Shown here: one piece after another, positions 1-10,709 of the stretch
Position numbering within the stretch: the stretch's first letter is position 1
How the letters are laid out: each line of letters starts with the position of its first letter
NCBI GenBank assembly: GCA_000146045.2
Contig: BK006944.2
Span: 576,001 to 640,000, forward strand
DNA from: TPA_inf: Saccharomyces
Lineage: Eukaryota
Length of the DNA: 64,000 nt
Direction of reading: 5' to 3'
The notes under the pieces: generated by a model
Database searches by the model: none
The model's input: only the letters and a program-made list of their open reading frames with translations
What the model was told of the DNA's origin: nothing
Translations under genes and position numbers: made by a program

Positions 1-434
1 TATATGCTTAGATCAAATGTGATGAAAGACTTCTGCTTAGAATACCTTTTTAATATGTCATGAAATTAAATGATTACTAATCATTTCTTTTTTTTATTTT
101 TTTTTTCCAGAAGCTTTTGAATAGTATCGGACTTATTCCGGTACCGGGATATGTCAAAAAAAGAAAAATGAGAAACGAATAGATATTTACCCAGAAAGTA
201 ATGAATGTATTTAATGAATTACTGAATTATTAAAATTAGTAATAAATAGCGGTTTATATGAAGAGCTCTATGTACGCTAGTATGGCATTACATACCTACT
301 GCAAGTAAAAAAGGAAAAAAATTTGTGACATTTTGTAAATATGCTGCGTGAATTTGCCTAATGAGTATTTTTCCAGAAATTACAAAACACAAATAAGTAG
401 AATGTGTTTAGTGTATTTGTAATTCATAGACTAT

Positions 435-492
435 TTATTGATGCTTATCTATTATACCTGGGGTTTCTGCTTCGTCCTCGTCCTCGTCATCA

Positions 493-534
<42 letters not shown>

Positions 535-2123
535 TCGTCGTCATCGTCATCATCATCGTTGTTGTTTTCGTTCTTATCTTCTGTATCTTCTTCTTCGTCG
601 TCGTCTTCTTCCTCATCCTCATCATCGTCCTCTTCCTCGTTATTTTTTGGGTACCCACCCAATTTCATAACGATTTTGTTAACAATCTCATTCCAGTCCA
701 TCATACCCCCGAGACCAATATCACCATTTATATCCATAACTTTCTCAGACGGCTTGAAAACAGTGACCCAGGACATTTCCTCCTTTATCGTTTGTAGTTG
801 CTTCTTTGTCATCATAGAATTAAAAGTGCTACTCACCATAGAAGGTGCCAAAAGAATGGGATAACTCGGATTCCAAGCTCTAATGACACTTGTCAGAAGA
901 TTGTCGCACAGGCCCAAAGCAATTTTTGATAATGTGTTTGCAGTTAATGGAGCTACTACCAGTATATCCGCCCAGCGACGTAGTTCTATATGAAGTACAG
1001 GATCAGTTCGTTGTTTCCATGCGTCCCATTCATCTTGGTCGGTCCATAGTTGAATATGTGGGGGTAACTCGACTACTTGAGCCATGTTGCATTGTCCTGG
1101 TGTTGGTGTCACTGGAGTTGCCGGAGTGGATTCGTACTGCGACATTTTATTTAGTTTTTCTGAAGATTTGATAATTTTCTTGGTATATCTTTGTTCGAAA
1201 AACTGTGTTGCTGATTGAGTGAGGATAACTTGAATGCTTATTCTATCACGTCCATATATTTCTTCTAGTTTTTTAATCATTGGCTTGATCTTAAATACCG
1301 ATAACGAACCTGTAGCGCCAAACAACACGTGCAATTTTCCATCATCTTGAGGTAGTCTGGGATCCAAATTCTTGGAGTTCTCTCTTTTGGGGATGATGGA
1401 AGGAATGACGGACTGCTTCACTGGCGTTTCTTCCGGGGTAGAACGCACATTAATTTGGCCTGAAACATTGTTAGCTTGATCTTGTGCATCTTCCTTTCGA
1501 AGTGTAATACTGGTGGGGGCTTTGGCGGTTACCTTATTATTTTCTCTACTTATTGGCGTTGAAGTGGCCATGATTTTGTCAGGCTTCATGGTATCAACTA
1601 TTTTAAGAGCACTGTCTTTTTTCTTAGGATCATAATCTTTCATTTCGTTGACGAGTGGAGACCCAGATAATTGCGTTGTTCTTGAAGTGTTGGTGTGGTT
1701 CGGTATAACTGCATGATTGCCAGGAATGGAATTTGAGACAGGAGCAGGATTACTATTTGGAGACTTGGTCCTTTCTGAGTCGTTCTTCAGCTGAGTCAGA
1801 CTATCCTGCTTTTGCTGTTGCTTTAGATCACTGAAAGTGACGGCGGGGACTCTCTTCAAACCAGGCTCCGGAGTATTACTTACTACTGCGCCGGAGGTGC
1901 CGGTGGCATTCATAATAGATTTCGTAGTCGTGGTAGTAGCATTCGACAAAGTAGGGCTTATTGATTGCCTCCCTGACACGGGGGAGTTGATTATTGAATC
2001 CTTCCCCTTCGCATCCTCATGGTCCAACAAAATCTCTTTCTGTCCACGCGAAAACCTTGGACACTCTATAGACTGGTTATGGTCAGCATCTTGCTTCCCG
2101 CTAGTAGAGGCGACGGCAGTCAT
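435..2123 (-). CDS. SIS2: Sis2/Hal3 phosphopantothenoylcysteine decarboxylase-like flavoprotein that inhibits the Ppz1 phosphatase. 562 aa, with a long C-terminal poly-Asp/Glu tail.
   Basis: The 562-aa ORF has a flavoprotein core (HVLFGATGSLS...ILVVAPLTANTLSKIALGLCDN) followed by about 28 consecutive Asp. The ATG (cat on the + strand at 2121-2123) was verified. Length matches the recalled YKR072C. Confidence 0.93.
470..560. repeat. Imperfect (GTC/ATC)n trinucleotide repeat (pure (GTC)12 at about 494-529) encoding the SIS2 poly-Asp tract on the minus strand.
   Basis: Read directly as tcgtcgtcgtcgtcgtcgtcgtcgtcgtcgtcgtcgtcatcgtcgtcatcgtcatcatcatcg. Confidence 0.9.
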
Positions 2124-2964
2124 TGCTGTTTGCTTCTAGATCTTTCTTCCCTATTAATTTTTTCCTAACTAATATTTCTTTATATTTTATCCCGGAATAT
2201 AAAGTAGTATGACAGCAAAGAAGGCCAGGCTAAAAAAAGATCTCTCCAAATGTAACTGGACGGCGCTGATAAGTGGACAAGTACAAGTGAGGGATCGTGA
2301 TCCAAGAGCACTCTGTGACTTCTTCTCCTCTAATATCACCTCCCCAGAAAAGCATCGATGCCATTTTTTGCAAGAGAAAAAGTTGCGTGCGTCACTGCCC
2401 ACGAGCACATGGGGTGAGTTATATAACATAAGAATATTGCTTTGACTCATGTTAAAAGCAAAAGAAAAAATAATAATGATCATTAGAGATACATCAAAGA
2501 CGATCATGGCATTAACCCAGGGTACGTGTGTTAGATATGATAGGGTACCCCGCGCGTATAAGTTACGCCTTGAATGATATAACACGTTAAAGTTTCTAGA
2601 TCACGTGAATCATTACCATTTTTTAGGTCATCCTACGGATAATGGCGAAACCACATAATTGCTTTGTAGATCTCTTTTTATGCTGGATGGATGGCCCTCT
2701 GGAATGCATCCTTCACGAACACAATTTATGAAACCTCAGGTTTGATGCTCCGGAAAGCCTATTTCTCACGTTTTCCGGCACTTAATGCGCATATAAAAAC
2801 ATAGTCTCTACGTTACGAGGATTTATCATAGAACCCAAATCAGCAGTAATAAATTTCCACGGTCAAATTAAACTCTTGTCGTTGATATGGGTGTAGTGTG
2901 ATGGTGGTGACCACTATTTCGCCTTTATTAGTTATTTATATGAGTTAGCCCTCCGAAGAACTCA

Positions 2965-3060
2965 TCCTTGTTAGCTCAGTTGGTAGAGCGTTCGGCTTTT
3001 AAGCGCATTTGCTTAAGCAAGGATACCGAAATGTCAGGGGTTCGAGCCCCCTATGAGGAG
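2965..3060 (+). tRNA. tK(UUU): tRNA-Lys(UUU) with a 23-nt intron (3003-3025) immediately 3' of the anticodon loop.
   Basis: The sequence TCCTTGTTAGCTCAGTTGGTAGAGCGTTCGGCTTTTAA[gcgcatttgcttaagcaaggata]CCGAAATGTCAGGGGTTCGAGCCCCCTATGAGGAG matches the yeast tRNA-Lys UUU body. A box (TAGCTCAGTTGG) and B box (GGTTCGAGCCC) are present. Confidence 0.92.
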
Positions 3061-3068
3061 TTCTTTAC

Positions 3069-3074
3069 TTTTTT
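3069..3074 (+). terminator. RNA polymerase III terminator T-run (TTTTTT) 9 nt downstream of the tRNA 3' end.
   Basis: A T6 run lies immediately 3' of the tRNA, the canonical Pol III termination signal. Confidence 0.6.
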
Positions 3075-3208
3075 AGATTCGGCGTTCAATGCTAAAGAAA
3101 AAAAATGAAAATAAGTTTCAATTAATAGTGAAAGAAAAGGAAGGAAGTTAGAACTGAAATGCGTAGACTACCTCCCCCAAATTTTTTCTTGTTTGGTTGC
3201 ATTATTTC

Positions 3209-3676
3209 ATGAATTCAACTAAAAGGCTGAAAATGTCAACAACCTTTCATGATTATGACTTGGAAGAGCCATTAACCTCAAATGCCAGACCACTAAAGAA
3301 CTCCGTTATTACAATCCGAGTAATAAAATCTTTCCCATATAGAAACGTCAAGAACATAGTGCTGCACGATTACGATCTTGCTGATAAAACTGCAAAGGAC
3401 CTGTTCAATGACGTTTTGAACAAAATTCAAAATGAAGGTTCATTCAGACCATTCCGTAATGTTAAGTTTGATACTTTAAAGATATACACGCACGCACATG
3501 GTTCCAAGACGGTTAATCTCGTGATCAATTTTGACCACGATGACGACTGGACTTTAGACATAGAGAATGACAAAAAAAAGCTGTTCGAGTATGGCATTGA
3601 GAATGAAACCGAAATTTCGCTTTTCAACAAAGAGGATTACCTAAGGTTTAAAGAAAACCCTGAAGAAAAATGGTGA
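3209..3676 (+). CDS. AIM29: Aim29 (altered inheritance of mitochondria 29), 155 aa, function unknown.
   Basis: The ORF track starts at a TTG (3197). The first in-frame ATG at 3209 gives the 155 aa that match the recalled YKR074W length. The gene lies directly downstream of the tRNA gene. Confidence 0.85.
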   Translation: MNSTKRLKMSTTFHDYDLEEPLTSNARPLKNSVITIRVIKSFPYRNVKNIVLHDYDLADKTAKDLFNDVLNKIQNEGSFRPFRNVKFDTLKIYTHAHGSKTVNLVINFDHDDDWTLDIENDKKKLFEYGIENETEISLFNKEDYLRFKENPEEKW

Positions 3677-3826
3677 GATGTTGTTTGGCTTATGGCCTTC
3701 ATTAATAAGTAAGTGCTATGAATATATTACATATATATATATATATATGTTGTGTACGAGAGTATACTCGTATGTAAATTAACATCAAATGTGTATGTGG
3801 AAATGCAGAAGAGAGCAAACTCTCCT

Positions 3827-4750
3827 TTAAAAAACAACCTGGTTCCTATAAAAAATGTCTTCTTCCATAGTGCCAAATGTATAGTTGCTGAACTCATAAT
3901 GAGCTTCTTTTATTGTTTCATCAGAATGAGAACTATTTTGATGGTGATGGTGATGATGGCGACGATGGTGACGGCGATGGTGGCGGGAATGTTGGATATC
4001 GTTTATGTTGATGAGGGATTCGCGGATAGTCCCCTTTGAGTCGATCTCCCTCTTCATCACGGCTTGGTTAAACTTCAACTTCCTGGGGAATTGTTCCTTC
4101 TTTTCGTTCATAAGGTCTTCAGAATCTTCATCTATGGAGGAAATTTTAGTGCATGTAGAATGCTGGTCGAAAATGGAAGACGTGTGAGAATCAACAGACG
4201 ATGGGCATGAAATGTCTTCTAATTTCACCAAAGCGTTGTCATTGCTCTCTATAGAAGCGTTAATCTCATCCACCTCCTCGGTTACCCAGCATTCCGTATT
4301 TTTCTTTAAAGCAGATTTTAGATTTTTTGTTTGTTTCTGGTCAATTTGGTTCTGGACCGGCGATATTTCGTTTTCATTACTATCTATGTTAGTCAAATCT
4401 GGACCGTACAACACCGTTACATCGGTTTCTTTGTTCCAGTTGATGGACAGTGGATTGGATTTGGAGTTCTGTAAACCATAGTGATTTATGGACCAACGCC
4501 TCCAGAGGCAATGATGTAGCCTAACGAGGTACATGTTGTAATCTAGCACGTCCTCTGAAGAGCAACTTGGTAATCGAAGTAGTTTATGTTTGCGCATCTT
4601 CAATAGTAGTGTCCATGAAGCCGATATTTCCAAGCTTGCATCATTAAATTCATGATGGAAATAGTCAATCGCAGGCTTGTTGTAGTTGGTCATGTTATCC
4701 AGTAACATTATATTCTGGTACGAAATTATTGTATCGTCCAAACTAGTCAT
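3827..4750 (-). CDS. Uncharacterised protein YKR075C (307 aa). Glucose-regulated, paralogous to YOR062C, contains a His/Arg run.
   Basis: A 307-aa ORF with a verified ATG at 4748-4750 (cat). It contains HHRRHHRRHHHHHHQ. Its position between AIM29 and ECM4 matches YKR075C. Confidence 0.85.
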   Translation of the reverse strand: MTSLDDTIISYQNIMLLDNMTNYNKPAIDYFHHEFNDASLEISASWTLLLKMRKHKLLRLPSCSSEDVLDYNMYLVRLHHCLWRRWSINHYGLQNSKSNPLSINWNKETDVTVLYGPDLTNIDSNENEISPVQNQIDQKQTKNLKSALKKNTECWVTEEVDEINASIESNDNALVKLEDISCPSSVDSHTSSIFDQHSTCTKISSIDEDSEDLMNEKKEQFPRKLKFNQAVMKREIDSKGTIRESLININDIQHSRHHRRHHRRHHHHHHQNSSHSDETIKEAHYEFSNYTFGTMEEDIFYRNQVVF

Positions 4751-5011
4751 TTTCTGTATATGTATCTATTTGTGTGTGTATGAACACTTGTGTGTAGTAT
4801 CTGAATGCGATAAGAGAAAGGGCCAAAGTTGAACTGAATGCAAAAAGTAAAACCTATAAAACCGTGTTGACCATACGCTTTCATATATATATATATATAT
4901 GTTTGTTTTTGCTAAGACCCGGTAACTGTACTTTTTCTGCAGTCATCCAAGGGAAGACAAAAGAAGAAAGAAAAAACAAGATTAATGTCCCCAGGTTTTT
5001 TCTTTTCCTGG

Positions 5012-5264
5012 CGGAAAAAGCTCAAATCTAACATTTCCCCGCGGGGGTTTCTTTGTAAAGAGTATCGAGTCGGAAACGAAAAAAAAAAAAAGATGAGAAA
5101 ATGAATTTTTCCGGTCGCCTAAAGATAGAGGTACCAGCGGAAAAAATGCAGCAAAAGCAAAATACCCCATTCAAGTTCCCCCTGTCTCGCCCCTCTCACG
5201 CTTCACTGTCCCCCGCTTTCGGTTTTTCCGGCTACGGCATTTCTGTTGAAAGTTGCCGGAAAAA
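5012..5264. promoter_or_regulatory. Cluster of five CGGAAAA (Rgt1-type CGGANNA) motifs in both orientations, about 260-515 bp upstream of YKR075C. A Mig1-like GCGGGG box follows at 5289-5294.
   Basis: Forward cggaaaaa sits at 5012-5019, 5138-5145 and 5257-5264. Reverse tttttccgg sits at 5106-5114 and 5223-5231. All lie in an unusually GC-rich intergenic block. Confidence 0.55.
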
Positions 5265-6282
5265 CCCCAAAAAGCATAAAAAAAAAGAGCGGGGGGAAGA
5301 AAAAAAGATTCCTTTCTATCTTTTCCTTCCCCGGCCTATTCGGGTACTCGCTTCCGGGTCCGCTGTCGTTTATAATGATTAGTGCAGAGAGCTTTCTTCT
5401 CTTAGTTTTTCATGTGGTAAAGGCAATGCCATTTAGAAGGATACTACGTGGGGTTCAAAACCGTGAATACGTTGTCTATCGTGTTATGTATGTTCTGAGT
5501 TTCTTTTTGTCATTCTACTAGTTTATGGACTGGGACTATGTATCTTGCAGTATGATTTCGTCAGGAAGCTTGTCATAGCAAGGCCTGAACAAATCGTACG
5601 TTAAAATAAAAATGAGCACCAATTCGAGTCACTGATGCCTACTGCTCAATCCAACCATCTAGTTCTGCAAAGATACTTACTCCGCATAATTAAAAAAATA
5701 AGGTATTTTAAAGTTGTGTAGTGACGAATGTAGTGACGCGGAAACGTTTTACTCGTCAATGGACATTTGCGAATGTGTCCGATAAATAGTTGAGGCTTTT
5801 CCTGCATTCTGTCAAGAAGGGTATGTGTATGAACATGCAAATGACACTGTAAAATGATTCATTACCCTGATTATGGAGTGATTTTCTTTCCTTTTTTTTT
5901 TTACATTTAGTTTCATTATTATGCAAATTAGAGGGTATACAGTTGAGATTTTAACACTTTGAATTAAAAAGTGTTACAGAGGAAACCGACGCAAAAGGCT
6001 TGGTGACGCAAACTTTTCCATCTTTATTTCACCTCTTCAGACGGTCCTAAGACCTTTTGAACGTATCAATATAGTTTTATCATCTGTTCTCTGTTGTTCT
6101 CCGTTACTAAGATATTAGTCAGCTCTTGAAATTTCACACCCCTATTTATTTGTCTTAGCGTCCAACCCCTCTCAACCCTTTTCCATTTCTTGTATAAAGG
6201 TAGTTAATTAGGTAACGCTGCTCTTACCATCACTACAGTGCTTACGAGAATTTACCCAAACCCTGCGCAAGATAAATAAGAA

Positions 6283-7395
6283 ATGTCGAAACAGTGGGCG
6301 AGTGGTACAAACGGAGCTTTCAAAAGACAGGTTTCGTCCTTCAGAGAAACAATCTCTAAGCAACACCCAATTTATAAGCCAGCAAAGGGAAGATATTGGT
6401 TGTATGTTTCACTTGCATGCCCATGGGCCCATAGAACACTAATTACGAGGGCTTTGAAGGGATTAACCTCTGTTATAGGATGTAGCGTAGTCCATTGGCA
6501 CCTTGACGAGAAAGGATGGAGATTTTTGGACATGGAAAAGCAATTGGAGGACAGTGAAGATTTTTTGGAACATTGGCACGATGTTGCAGGTGGTATTAGA
6601 ACTGCTAAAGAGGATTCCAGCAAGAGCTTCGCCGAGATCAAGAATGACAGTCAAAGATTCATGGTTGATGCTACCAATGAGCCTCACTATGGATACAAGA
6701 GAATCAGTGACTTATATTACAAGAGCGATCCTCAATACTCGGCAAGGTTCACCGTCCCAGTCCTGTGGGACTTAGAAACCCAAACAATTGTTAACAACGA
6801 AAGTAGCGAAATTATAAGGATTTTGAACTCTAGTGCGTTCGATGAATTTGTCGACGACGATCACAAGAAAACGGACCTTGTTCCTGCTCAGTTGAAAACA
6901 CAGATCGATGACTTCAATTCTTGGGTTTACGACAGCATCAACAATGGTGTATACAAGACCGGATTCGCAGAGAAAGCAGAAGTTTACGAAAGTGAAGTCA
7001 ACAACGTATTTGAACATTTGGACAAAGTGGAGAAAATCCTGAGTGACAAATATTCCAAATTGAAGGCCAAATACGGTGAAGAAGATAGACAAAAAATCTT
7101 GGGTGAGTTCTTCACTGTGGGTGATCAATTAACAGAAGCTGACATTAGATTGTATACTACCGTCATAAGATTCGATCCTGTGTACGTCCAACATTTCAAA
7201 TGCAATTTTACCTCTATTAGAGCCGGATATCCATTTATTCATTTGTGGGTAAGAAATTTATACTGGAATTATGATGCCTTCAGGTACACAACAGATTTTG
7301 ACCATATCAAGTTACACTACACGCGTTCCCACACAAGGATCAACCCCTTGGGAATTACGCCCCTGGGACCCAAGCCAGATATTCGTCCTTTATAA
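6283..7395 (+). CDS. ECM4: Omega-class glutathione S-transferase Ecm4/Gto2 (370 aa).
   Basis: A 370-aa ORF with ATG at 6283. The GST-omega-like N-terminus (CPWAHRT active-site motif) and position/length match YKR076W. Confidence 0.9.
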   Translation: MSKQWASGTNGAFKRQVSSFRETISKQHPIYKPAKGRYWLYVSLACPWAHRTLITRALKGLTSVIGCSVVHWHLDEKGWRFLDMEKQLEDSEDFLEHWHDVAGGIRTAKEDSSKSFAEIKNDSQRFMVDATNEPHYGYKRISDLYYKSDPQYSARFTVPVLWDLETQTIVNNESSEIIRILNSSAFDEFVDDDHKKTDLVPAQLKTQIDDFNSWVYDSINNGVYKTGFAEKAEVYESEVNNVFEHLDKVEKILSDKYSKLKAKYGEEDRQKILGEFFTVGDQLTEADIRLYTTVIRFDPVYVQHFKCNFTSIRAGYPFIHLWVRNLYWNYDAFRYTTDFDHIKLHYTRSHTRINPLGITPLGPKPDIRPL

Positions 7396-7652
7396 CAAGC
7401 TGTAATTAAATAATCAAATGTCTATAATCTCCCTGAGTTGCCTCTTTTTCTATACTCAATTGGGTAATTGACGCGAAACGCGTTAAAGTGCAAAAAAAGG
7501 CCTGGAAATTATATTTAACGCAATGAAATATTTTCATAATATGACATTCATGCACAGCTGTATTCATTCTTCTACTTTGTAGTTTGTTATTCTTCTTTAT
7601 CGGTTTCGTTTTACAAAAGATTTTAGCAAGGAAGCAGTTTTTAAACCAATCA

Positions 7653-8744
7653 ATGGTATACACAACACCGCAACAACAGCAGAGATTCAGCTCCACACCG
7701 CAATCTAGCCACACTCTTATCTTCTCGCCAATCAGAGCCCCTTCAATGCAAACGCCCTCCTCATTGGATTACCAATCACCTTCAATTGTTGTGTCATCGT
7801 CTTCAATGAAGGTTCACGGCCGGTCTTCCAGTTTCGGTAAATTTTCACTGTCTATTGGGCAAAATGGTAAGGCTACAATACTGGGGCCTATAAACGTCCT
7901 TCCCACTGATACATCGAAAATGGAGAAACCTGTACCAAAGAAAAAGCCTGTTACTTCTGACCGTGTCGAAAAGACTCGTATATTATCTTTGTTGAAAAAA
8001 ATGAGAAACAAGAGCAGTACTGTCAACAAAAAATATAGTAAAGTACCATTAAAGTCTACGACAAGTTTGCAACCAGCAGCTACTGCACCTTCACCACTAG
8101 TGTCCAACATCATAAAGCCGTCTCCCAAAAAGTTAGCTTCCCCAAGAACTCCGAATGCAAACTCCAATTTAAATCTAAACTTTACTTCATTTCAGATTAA
8201 AACAGGTTTCACTCCCAATCTCGATGGAATTTTACTTGAAAACTTCACGTCTCCTAACACAACCGCTGATTCACAGGGTAATTCCGCCAGTAACATCATA
8301 AATAATAATCACGGTAGCGCAAATAATACCAACCAATTTCTTTTTAATCTACCACTTCAATCATCACCAAGGCAATTCAGGTCTCCTGCAAGATTAATAG
8401 ATCCCCTTCCCATATCGGACTGGAACACCAGTCTCTTGATGTCACCCCCAAGAACGACGAATTTTGAATCTGCAAACAATCACTTCAATTCAAATTTTGC
8501 TCAAGCATCGATGTTAAGACGCCCTTCACTACCGCACATAGATGAGGTGATTCCACAGGACTCTAATCCAGCCAATTACTCAGATAGATCGGACTATCTA
8601 TCTGTGGACCAGAACGCCAATAATCATAATGGTGCACTTTCAGAACAGACCTATAATAATATAATGAAATCTTCTATGATTTCGTTACCTATAGAAAAAG
8701 ATGATGCCACAATGGCACTACGAAAACTTGTCTCCAGAGAGTAG
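7653..8744 (+). CDS. MSA2: Msa2, putative G1/S transcriptional activator (363 aa), Ser/Thr/Asn-rich.
   Basis: The ORF track begins at a TTG (7584). The first ATG at 7653 (MVYTTPQQQQRF...) gives the 363 aa that match YKR077W. The protein is low-complexity and S/T/P/N-rich. Confidence 0.85.
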   Translation: MVYTTPQQQQRFSSTPQSSHTLIFSPIRAPSMQTPSSLDYQSPSIVVSSSSMKVHGRSSSFGKFSLSIGQNGKATILGPINVLPTDTSKMEKPVPKKKPVTSDRVEKTRILSLLKKMRNKSSTVNKKYSKVPLKSTTSLQPAATAPSPLVSNIIKPSPKKLASPRTPNANSNLNLNFTSFQIKTGFTPNLDGILLENFTSPNTTADSQGNSASNIINNNHGSANNTNQFLFNLPLQSSPRQFRSPARLIDPLPISDWNTSLLMSPPRTTNFESANNHFNSNFAQASMLRRPSLPHIDEVIPQDSNPANYSDRSDYLSVDQNANNHNGALSEQTYNNIMKSSMISLPIEKDDATMALRKLVSRE

Positions 8745-8951
8745 GTCCATTTGGTTTTCGTAAAATACACTACGTAAGATTTCATTATATATTCAAAACC
8801 GAAGAACTTTATTTAATTAATTCTATTCAATATTTTTTTTTTCCCATTAAATTGTGTAGTGGAAGCAAAATGCACTGCGCTTATGTGAAAAAGTTACACA
8901 ATAGGGAATACATGGAACAGCAGATCAGAACTGCAACCCTACAGATTAGAT

Positions 8952-10709
8952 ATGGAGAACGACAAGGCGTCACATGCGAGCCCAAGCATTGGAGTGAACG
9001 AATTTGTCGTTCAAGGGGAGATATCCATAGACGACTCCGAAAGGTCTGTCAAGAGTGTTAGCGTTAGCATAAGTGATGATGAGGATAGTAAGACAGATGT
9101 ACAAGATAATATGGCCACACCGTCCACAAGATCGAAATTTCAAACAGATCTGGCCATTGATAATAGGCTATTGGAAAAAGATCCAAAGTACAAAAAACTT
9201 TTCACTGAAAAAAGAAGACGTCGAAGACCAGAAAGCTGTATTAACCTCATGACTAAAGGTAAGGGCACTGGACAAAAAGATAACATTAATGATCAAATTT
9301 TCAGCCTAAGAATATTACCAGGCTCCGATTTAAACTCTTTAAAGGATTCTTTATGGATAATAAAGATCTCTACCCAGCCAGATGTTGAAAAAACAATCGC
9401 AAGAGCTTTTTCTGATTTCTATTGGTTATATCATCAATTACAAAATAACCACTGGGGAAAAACGATTCCTCCGCCTACAAGGTCCAACATTCTTGTAGAG
9501 AAGGACGAATTTGCCATAAATCATCTTTTTATGATACGTAATAATGAGAAGTATGATCCAATTTTTAATTTCAAACCGGAATATATCATATCATTGCAAT
9601 TGATGGCAATGATTAAGCACATATTCAATGACAAGGTTTTACGTTTGGATTCAAATTTCATAGATTTTATTAGTTGGGATGACGATCTTCCTGAAAGTTT
9701 GCAAATAGTAGTCGATGACAGTACCTTCACAGGGGATAAAATACTAATGACATCTTCTCAATTTCGAGAATTAAAAGAGTTTCATAAACAATCAAAAAAA
9801 GTGGAATCAATAACAAATTCACATGCTTCGTTAATACCCGTAACAGAACTTACCGAAATATATATAAGCCCGACCAAATTATTCTCTAGAAAAGACTACC
9901 AAAGGCTTTTTCAACCTCAAAGCACAGACAACACCTTTAATAACAATGACCCGTTGATTCAAGAGTGGATACCAAAAAGCAAAACATTATTCACTAGTTT
10001 ATCCTTTGGTTCAAGTGCACCTACTTATCAAGAAGCGTCAACTGAGATACAGGCATGCCATGACTGGGTAAGCATATCCAAGGAGCAATGGAAACAGTTA
10101 CTCTACCATGTATTACAGTACATTGTAGACGAGGCAGTGAAGGTGAATTCTGTGATAAACGAATTTACTGAGTGTCTTAAGCAAATTTCTTTGGACGAAG
10201 TCATTAGAGCAAACTCTGAACTATTTTTGAAATTTTCCAAACTGAATGAATCCTTTCTAAAAAAATTCAAAGGTGCATCGAGGCAAGACATTCTGAAGCT
10301 AATCATATTATTTGATGAAAATGTAAGATTTTGCGAATCATTTGAATCCATCTTAAATCAAAGATTGAAGCTTGGTAAAATTCTAAGCATCATAGAAGTG
10401 GATCTAGACAAGAAGAAAAACTTTCTTGACAAACTATCTCCGGGAAACAACAACAGTAACAATGAAGACCTTAAGATACGCACGGCAGAGGATGAATACC
10501 GCATTGTATTAAAAAGATATAACCGTGTTAAGCAGAGCTGGGAGAAAATTATGGAAGATATCTTAAATGAACGGAAAGAATTTGAGAAGAGAGAAGCCGC
10601 CGAGGTTAATAGTTGTTTAAAATCAATAAGAGATTTGAACATGGATGAAAAGAAACACTATTTACAATTATGGCAAGACTTTGTACCAGATGAGCACATA
10701 AGCCAATGA
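8952..10709 (+). CDS. PX-domain protein YKR078W (585 aa), a Vps5-like sorting-nexin family member.
   Basis: A 585-aa ORF with ATG at 8952. It shows PX-domain-like features (RRRRRPESC...YWLYHQL) and a C-terminal BAR-like helical region. Length and position match YKR078W. Confidence 0.85.
   Translation: MENDKASHASPSIGVNEFVVQGEISIDDSERSVKSVSVSISDDEDSKTDVQDNMATPSTRSKFQTDLAIDNRLLEKDPKYKKLFTEKRRRRRPESCINLMTKGKGTGQKDNINDQIFSLRILPGSDLNSLKDSLWIIKISTQPDVEKTIARAFSDFYWLYHQLQNNHWGKTIPPPTRSNILVEKDEFAINHLFMIRNNEKYDPIFNFKPEYIISLQLMAMIKHIFNDKVLRLDSNFIDFISWDDDLPESLQIVVDDSTFTGDKILMTSSQFRELKEFHKQSKKVESITNSHASLIPVTELTEIYISPTKLFSRKDYQRLFQPQSTDNTFNNNDPLIQEWIPKSKTLFTSLSFGSSAPTYQEASTEIQACHDWVSISKEQWKQLLYHVLQYIVDEAVKVNSVINEFTECLKQISLDEVIRANSELFLKFSKLNESFLKKFKGASRQDILKLIILFDENVRFCESFESILNQRLKLGKILSIIEVDLDKKKNFLDKLSPGNNNSNNEDLKIRTAEDEYRIVLKRYNRVKQSWEKIMEDILNERKEFEKREAAEVNSCLKSIRDLNMDEKKHYLQLWQDFVPDEHISQ

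Noticed and set aside
404-864. Four overlapping ORFs (404-670 +, 438-797 +, 452-658 -, 559-864 +) with poly-Arg, poly-Val, poly-Thr and poly-Ser translations.
   Set aside because: All lie on the (GTC)n/(GAC)n repeat inside the SIS2 coding sequence. They are frame or strand echoes of a trinucleotide repeat, not genes.
2187-2585. ORFs 2187-2585 (-) of 132 aa and 2209-2445 (+) of 78 aa between SIS2 and the tRNA gene.
   Set aside because: They have no recognisable domain and atypical composition, and they overlap the SIS2 promoter region. They are plausibly one of the 'dubious ORF' class. There is no sequence-based support for coding.
2600-2964. Possible solo Ty LTR upstream of the tRNA-Lys gene.
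   Set aside because: No TGTTGG/TGTTGTAT LTR termini, no target-site duplication and no sigma, delta or tau consensus stretches were seen. The flank looks unique.
5101-5521. ORFs 5101-5382 and 5246-5521 (+) in the GC-rich YKR075C upstream block.
   Set aside because: The translations are Lys/Pro/Gly-rich low complexity driven by the A-tracts and CGG repeats. The region is better explained as promoter DNA (Rgt1/Mig1 motifs).
8852-9061. 69-aa ORF overlapping the 5' end of YKR078W in another frame.
   Set aside because: It overlaps the verified ATG and N-terminus of the 585-aa PX-domain gene. It has no independent signals.
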